Source: Eledone cirrhosa (Eukaryota). Taken from it: a DNA stretch of 64,000 bases. A program made the position numbers and the translations under genes. A model generated the notes under the pieces. That model was not told where the DNA came from. It made no database searches and saw only the letters and a program-made list of their open reading frames with translations. The stretch covers positions 77,128,001 through 77,192,000 of the forward strand of contig OZ024740.1 of the NCBI GenBank assembly GCA_964016885.1, written 5' to 3'. Shown here piece by piece: positions 62,281 to 64,000 of this stretch. The first letter of the stretch is position 1. Each line of letters opens with the position of its first letter.

Positions 62281-64000
62281 AGTTGGTGTTGGAGTTGTAG
62301 GTGGGGCTTGAGTGCTGTTGATGTTGATATTGGTGTTGTTAGCGATGGTATTGGAGCTGGCGTTGGTTTTGGTGATGGTGGTGGGGCTGGAGTGCTGTTG
62401 ATGTTGATGTTGGTGTTGTTAGCGATGGTATGGGAGTTGGTGTTGGTGTTGGTGGTGGGGCTGGAGTGCTGTTGATGTTGATGTTGGTGTTGTTAGCGAT
62501 GGTATTGGAGTTGGCGTTGGTGTTGGTGTTGGTGGTGGGGCTGGAGTGCTGTTGATGTTGATGTTGGTGTTGTTAGCGATGCTATTGGAGTTGGCGTTGG
62601 TGTTGGTGTTGGTGGTGGGGTTGGAGTGTTGTTGATGTTGATGTTGGTGTTGTTAGCGATGGTATTGGAGTTGGTGTTGGTTTTGGTGTTGGGGCTGGAG
62701 TGCTGTTGATGTTGATGTTGGTGTTGTTAGCGATGGTATTGGAGTTGGTGTTGGTTTTGGTGTTGGGGCTGGAGTGCTGTTGATGTTGATGTTGGTTTTG
62801 TTAGCGATGGTATTGGAGTTGGTGTTGGTTTTGCTGTTGGGGCTGGAGTGCTGTTGATGTTGATGTTGGTGTTGTTAGCGATGGTATTGGAGTTGGTGTT
62901 GGTTTTGGTGTTGGGGCTGGAGTGCTGTTGATGTTGATGTTGGTGTTGTTAGCGATGGTATTGGAGTTGGTGTTGGTTTTGGTGTTAGGGCTGGAGTGCT
63001 GTTGATGTTGATGTTGGTGTTGTTAGCGATGGTATTGGAGTTGGTGTTGGTGTTGGTGGTGGGGCTGGAATGCTGTTTATGTTGATGTTGGTGTTGTTAG
63101 CGATGGTATTGGAGTTGGCGATGGTGTTGGTGGTGGGGCTGGAGTGCTGTTGATGTTGATGTTGGTGTTGTTAGCGATGGTATGGGAGTTGGTGTTGGTG
63201 GAGGGCTGGAGTGTTGTTCATGTTGATGTTGGTGTTGTTAGCGATGGTATTGGAGTTGGCGTTGGTGTTGGTGTTGGTGGTGGCGTTGGAGTGCTGATGA
63301 TGTTAATGTTGGTGTTGTTAGTGATGGTATTGGAGTTGCTGTTGGTGTTGGTGGTGGGGCTGGAGTGCTGTTGATGTTGATGTTGGTGTTGTTAGCGATG
63401 GTATGGCAGTTGGTGTTGGTGGAGGGCTGGAGTGCTGTTGATGTTGATGTTGGTGTTGTTAGCGATGGTATTGGAGTCGGCATTGGTGTTGGTGGTGGAG
63501 CTGGAGTGCTGTTGATGTTGATGTTGGTGTTGTTAGCGATGGTATTGGAGTTGGCATTGGTGTTGGTGGTGGAGCTGGAGTGCTGTTGATGTTGATGTTG
63601 GTGTTGTTAGCGATGGTAATGGAGTTGGCGTTGGTGTTGGTGTTGGTGGTGGCGTTGGAGTGCTGTTGATGTTAATGTTGGTGTTGTTAGTGATGGTATT
63701 GGAGTTGGTGTTGGTGTTGGTGGTGGGGCTGGAGTGCAGTTGCTGTTGATGTTGGTGTTGTTAGCGATGGTACTGGAGTTGGCATTGGTGTTGGTGTTGG
63801 GGCTGGAGTGCTGTTGTTGTTGATATTGGTGTTGTTAGCGATGGTATTGGAGTTGGTGTTGGTGTTGGTGGTGGGGCTGGAGTGCTGTTGATGTTGATGT
63901 TGGTGTTGTTAGCGATGGTATTGGAGTTGGTGTTGGAGTTGGTGGTGGGGCTGGAGTGCTGTTGATGTTGATGTTGGTGTTGTTAGCGATGGTATTGGAG

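Larger units (their letters stand above)
1..64000. repeat. Tandem satellite array, 74-bp modal monomer (68/80/86-bp hexamer-indel variants), G/T-rich + strand, single orientation
   Basis: The core AGCGAT recurs at 196, 270 and 344 (74-bp spacing), and the same unit continues to position 64000. ORF-track offsets of 74 (9143/9217, 46800/46874, 47096/47170) and 148 (4172/4320) agree. No non-repeat sequence or reverse-complement (CA-rich) segment was seen. Confidence 0.99.

Noticed and set aside
50822-63483. Three minus-strand P/T/H/Q-rich ORFs (50822-51055, 59058-59360, 63238-63483)
   Set aside because: The same repeat read on the other strand. They are reported only where a point variant creates a start codon or removes the TAA, so they are not credible CDSs.
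3638-63589. Many + strand ORFs of 60-160 aa (W/C-rich, V/G-rich, then L/V/M hydrophobic, ending LECC) that resemble small membrane proteins
   Set aside because: They are the three frames of the 74-bp monomer read in succession. All + stops (TGA, TGA, TAG) lie in one frame per monomer, so ORFs of about 2.6 monomers are automatic, and longer ones arise at frame-shifting indels. Most listed starts are TTG/GTG, and there is no gene context.
1-64000. CRISPR-like array (conserved core plus variable-length segment every ~74 bp)
   Set aside because: The variable segments are homologous hexamer tracts, not unique spacers. The repeat is not palindromic, and there is no leader or cas gene.
1-64000. Telomeric repeat tract
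   Set aside because: It is G/T-rich but has no tandem short telomere unit. TTAGGG occurs only as isolated single-monomer variants.
1-64000. Antigenic-variation cassette array, diversity-generating retroelement or another enzyme-encoding system
   Set aside because: There is no recombinase, reverse transcriptase, expression site or any non-repeat sequence in the window. The variation pattern fits ordinary tandem-repeat turnover.
1-64000. Whole window as a sequencing or synthetic artefact (e.g. rolling-circle concatemer)
   Set aside because: Variants are inherited in nested, kb-scale collinear blocks rather than as independent random errors, which indicates a real evolved array. Individual duplications could still be misassembled.

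Overview
The whole 64 kb window is one uninterrupted, head-to-tail tandem satellite array that runs off both ends. I saw no unique sequence, inversion, transposon, gene, RNA gene or CRISPR array. The modal monomer is 74 bp: GCTGGAGTGCTGTTGATGTTGATGTTGGTGTTGTTAGCGATGGTATTGGAGTTGGCGTTGGTGTTGGTGGTGGG. That gives roughly 860 monomers (64000/74). Common 68/80/86-bp variants differ by whole GTTGGT/GTTGAT hexamers. The + strand is about 85% G+T (consensus 34 G, 29 T, 7 A, 4 C). All listed ORFs are artefacts of a 74-bp unit (not a multiple of 3) whose stop codons fall in one frame. The interest lies in the array's nested architecture. A triplet/hexamer core builds the 74-mer, which forms 148/160/222/308-bp local multimers. 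Above these are kb-scale higher-order repeats: a 3521-bp-offset duplication, a near-perfect 2579-bp tandem duplication, six mosaic copies of a ~3.2-kb unit and a 2484-bp-offset duplication. Rare variants also recur in the same order about 40-45 kb apart, suggesting an older super-repeat. A eukaryotic, probably methylated heterochromatic origin is inferred. The organism and satellite family cannot be named from the sequence alone. All offsets were read by eye from diagnostic variants, so block boundaries are approximate.
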